Shown: in pieces, positions 61,031-64,000 of the stretch
Layout: every line of letters starts with the position of its first letter
How positions within the stretch are numbered: position 1 is the stretch's first letter
Source of the DNA: Mobula hypostoma
Lineage: Eukaryota
DNA: 64,000 bases
Direction of reading: 5' to 3'
Assembly (NCBI RefSeq): GCF_963921235.1
Contig: NC_086097.1
Location: 36,148,001-36,212,000, forward strand
Notes under the pieces: model-generated
The model's input: only the letters and a program-made list of their open reading frames with translations
Database searches by the model: none
Told to the model about the DNA's origin: nothing
Made by a program: the position numbers and the translations under genes

Positions 61031-63622
61031 TGCCCAGCAGATTCGATATGAGCAAGAGCACAGAGAGAAAGATTCTATGCTATGAGGATTAGGAAGTGAT
61101 GCTATGCTTTATTTTTCTTGTTGGTTCATGTGTTTGATCTGAATGGAGACTCCCATTTTGTAGATAGCTAGAGATGTTAGTCGGGTACAAATATGACACC
61201 AACACTGTGCTTCTTGTTACATTAAGTGCTAAGAATCCAGCAGGAGGTAAGTACCGTAACCCTTTAAAAATACTGCAGCTGCACCATTTGTACACTATTA
61301 GCAGCTATAAAATGGAGATGTAGCCCAAAGCACATTTAGCATTCCAACATGTTTAAAATAACTTTCTTTGTGAAAGAGCATTATAGATAAGGCTGCCTGA
61401 GAGAATAAAATAGTTGATAGGTTTATAAGTAACTCACAATCTTTAATAATTTACCACTAGATTTAATTTACAGAGATCAGTTCAAGAGGCAGAATGAAAA
61501 TCACAGAACTCTCCACTGCATTCCCCACTCTGATCTCATGGTATTTGGTCTCCGGCAGTGTCATAATGAAAGCAAGTGTAAACATGCTCCTCATCTTGTG
61601 TTTGGAGACAATGCAGCCCTCAGGCAATAATATTAAACTGAACATTTCAGATGAGCATCCATTCCTGTCTGTCAGATCAAGCCTCTTCTAACGTACAGTA
61701 ATCTGTAACATTAAGTCACTTTTGCTCCTCCACAGATGCTCCAGGTAGTCCCTTTCATTTCAGATTTCTACCAACCACCGTGTTCGACATCTCATGCTTA
61801 TAGCATTGCTCCCTTTTCCCTCACTTAACTAACACCTCCTCTGGATGATCAACTGAAACCAACAGGCATTCACTGCCCTCGTTTCGATGCCAATGGTATT
61901 AGTCTCCCCTGCACAATCTTGGCCTCCGTCCTATCACAGGTTTTCCCACTGTCCATGCCAACGCTCTCTGCGATGTAAAGGAGGCCTATTTCTCACATTT
62001 TCAATGCTGAGGAATGATCATGGATGGTAGGGGTATGGAGGGCAAAGGTCACTGCAGGTTGATGGCAGTAGGCAGTTTAAATGATTGAGCACAGAGAAGA
62101 TGGGCCGAAGGACTGCTTTCTATGCTGTACTTCTCTATGACTATCATGCTTAAATGTTAACTGTTTACCTCTTGTAGAAATATTGCCTGACTTGTTGAGA
62201 TTCCCTATCATTTTTGTTTTTAAACTTATGTTCTGAATTGCTTGATGTACCTGCATATTTATTTCCTGAATCACACAAACTAATGCACCAAGTATCTTCT
62301 TTCTATCAGGCAATCAAAAAGTATTCTGCTTCTCTTGCTCCTAATGTATCTTACAACTTAATATGTTTAGATCTCATTGCTGACTCTTCCTTTCCTCCCT
62401 GCAGCTCTACATCCATCGAACTTTAGTCTCTGTCGAACTGTATGTAATCTGCTATTCCAGAGCACCAGCAAGTGACCCACGGTTGTGTATGGATATTTTG
62501 TATAACGCTTCCAGCTCCTCACAATATAAAGAGTGGTATATTTGGCCGAGTGACAGCAGGGGGGATAAAGGACAGCAGATCAGCGATTCCCAGAAATAAA
62601 TTGTGGCTCTTCCTATAATGCTATGACAGAAGTTTACATTAAAAATTAATCCCCTCTTTATTGCAGATGTTTTACGATTATTTTGATATCCACTAAATCA
62701 TACATAACTATTTAAAGTTTTTTAACTGCAGCTCTCTGCCCCTTGTATTTCCCTCAGTCCATGTTATTTCCCTCACTGGGGTCTCTGAAAATAGCCAGTT
62801 GTACATCACATCGCATCAAATAAAAAACTCAAGAAATAAAAAGTGGCGTAGGTCACATCACTCCTTACAAGCTGATCGTGATCATGATCGACAGATGGAG
62901 CAGCAGCGATGGGCCAAATGGCCCGATTCTGCTCCTGTGTCTCATGGCCTTATTGAAAGCTGGGCTATGCAACAAAACTCCAAGTGCAAAATCTGATATA
63001 CAATTGTAACAGGTAGATTGGGTTGACGGGCAGAACCTTCTTCCCAAATCTACTCCCATGGATGGGGATGTCAAATACTAGAGAACATTGGTGGAAAGTT
63101 TAAAGGAGATTTATTGTTTATTTAGGAAATTTGTGAGGAGGTCCTTTACATCGAGGTTGGTAGTGAAAGTGGTTTATGATAGCAATGTTTAAGCATTGAG
63201 ACAAACACATGAACAGGCAGAGAATAGAGGGATATGGACCTTCGCAGGCAGATGCGATAAATTTAAATTGGCATCCTGATCAGCACAGACATCATGGACC
63301 TGCTCCTATTGCTGTACTTTGTGAAATGTATTTAAAAAACTATTAAACATTTAGAACTGAAGCACTACCCACCGTACTTAAAGCAATCATCTCTATTAAG
63401 GTCACAATACTCAATTAACATCTAAACTGGATTTTATTCCCCAGTTGAAATAGGCTTCAGTTTATTCTGTATGTTTTACAACTATTATGCATTTGATTTC
63501 ACAGTTTAACATTCCAAAAATGGCCTGAACTAAATGAAATAATCATCTTAAAGAGATTTAGTCTCAGATTCTGAAACTGTTTTTTTTTAAAAAGGGGGGC
63601 AATAAAACCACTTGGGAAGTTA

Positions 63623-64000
63623 AAGCAACACACATCAAAGTTGCTGGTGAATGCAGCAGGCCAGGCAGCATCTCTAGGAAGAGGTACAGTCGACGTTTCA
63701 GGCCGAGACCCTTCGTCAGGACTAACTGAAGGAAGAGCTAGTAAGAGATTTGAAACTGGGAGGGGGAGGGGGAGCAAAATGTGGTCGAAAAGTTGAAGAA
63801 CTGAAGAAATTACAGATGGGGAGCAGTGAGAGATGGTTTCACTGAACTCCCGTCGAAGAGAAGATTTAAACTTCTTCAGTGTAGGCATCACGGAAGAGGC
63901 TTCGCAGTAGTGAATTTAAAAACGTAAACACGAGGAATTCTGCAAATGCTGGAAATTCAAGCAACACACATCAAAGTTGCTGGTGAACGCAGCAGGCCAG
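63623..64000 (-). mobile_element. Penelope-like element: tandem terminal repeats flanking the ORF start (runs off the window edge)
   Basis: Tail copy 63623-63780 with hammerhead motif at 63688-63723; spacer encoding MMPTLKKFKSSLRREFSETISHCSPSVISSVLQLFDH; second tail copy from about 63930 to 64000. Confidence 0.8.

Noticed and set aside
62553..62575. CAGCAGGGGGATAAA shared with the Gmr1 LTR (near 7144 and 11254), CTCF-like
   Set aside because: A 15-nt match only, and it lacks the GGC core ending of the CTCF consensus; could be chance.

Overview
Repeat-dominated vertebrate genomic DNA with no recognisable host protein-coding exon, rRNA gene or intact tRNA gene. The repeat complement suggests a cartilaginous fish, probably a ray (inference): CR1, Rex1/Babar, L2, L1/Tx1, Penelope-like elements, V-SINEs and Deu-SINE-like fragments, Tc1/Tigger/Harbinger MITEs and Gypsy LTR elements. 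The best-resolved structures are: (1) a 5-kb Gmr1-type LTR element (6934-11907, TSD GCCG) with a SCAN-like gag, a protease and a heavily deleted pol; (2) a 1.84-kb minus-strand mini LTR element (51366-53208, TSD GTCAG) whose RT-RNase H segment is inverted relative to its own LTR/PBS/PPT, is bounded by a fold-back hairpin, and adjoins a chimeric tRNA-Leu/tRNA-Thr half-copy ending at the anticodon, which is the most unusual object here; (3) many Penelope-like tails carrying minimal hammerhead ribozyme motifs, several inserted as palindromes, two of which have 13-bp TSDs; (4) an ORF1-only (HAL1-like) L1 derivative; (5) a small Mag-like LTR element and a solo LTR. Boundaries of degraded LINE fragments are approximate, and family names come from motif recognition by eye, not database searches.
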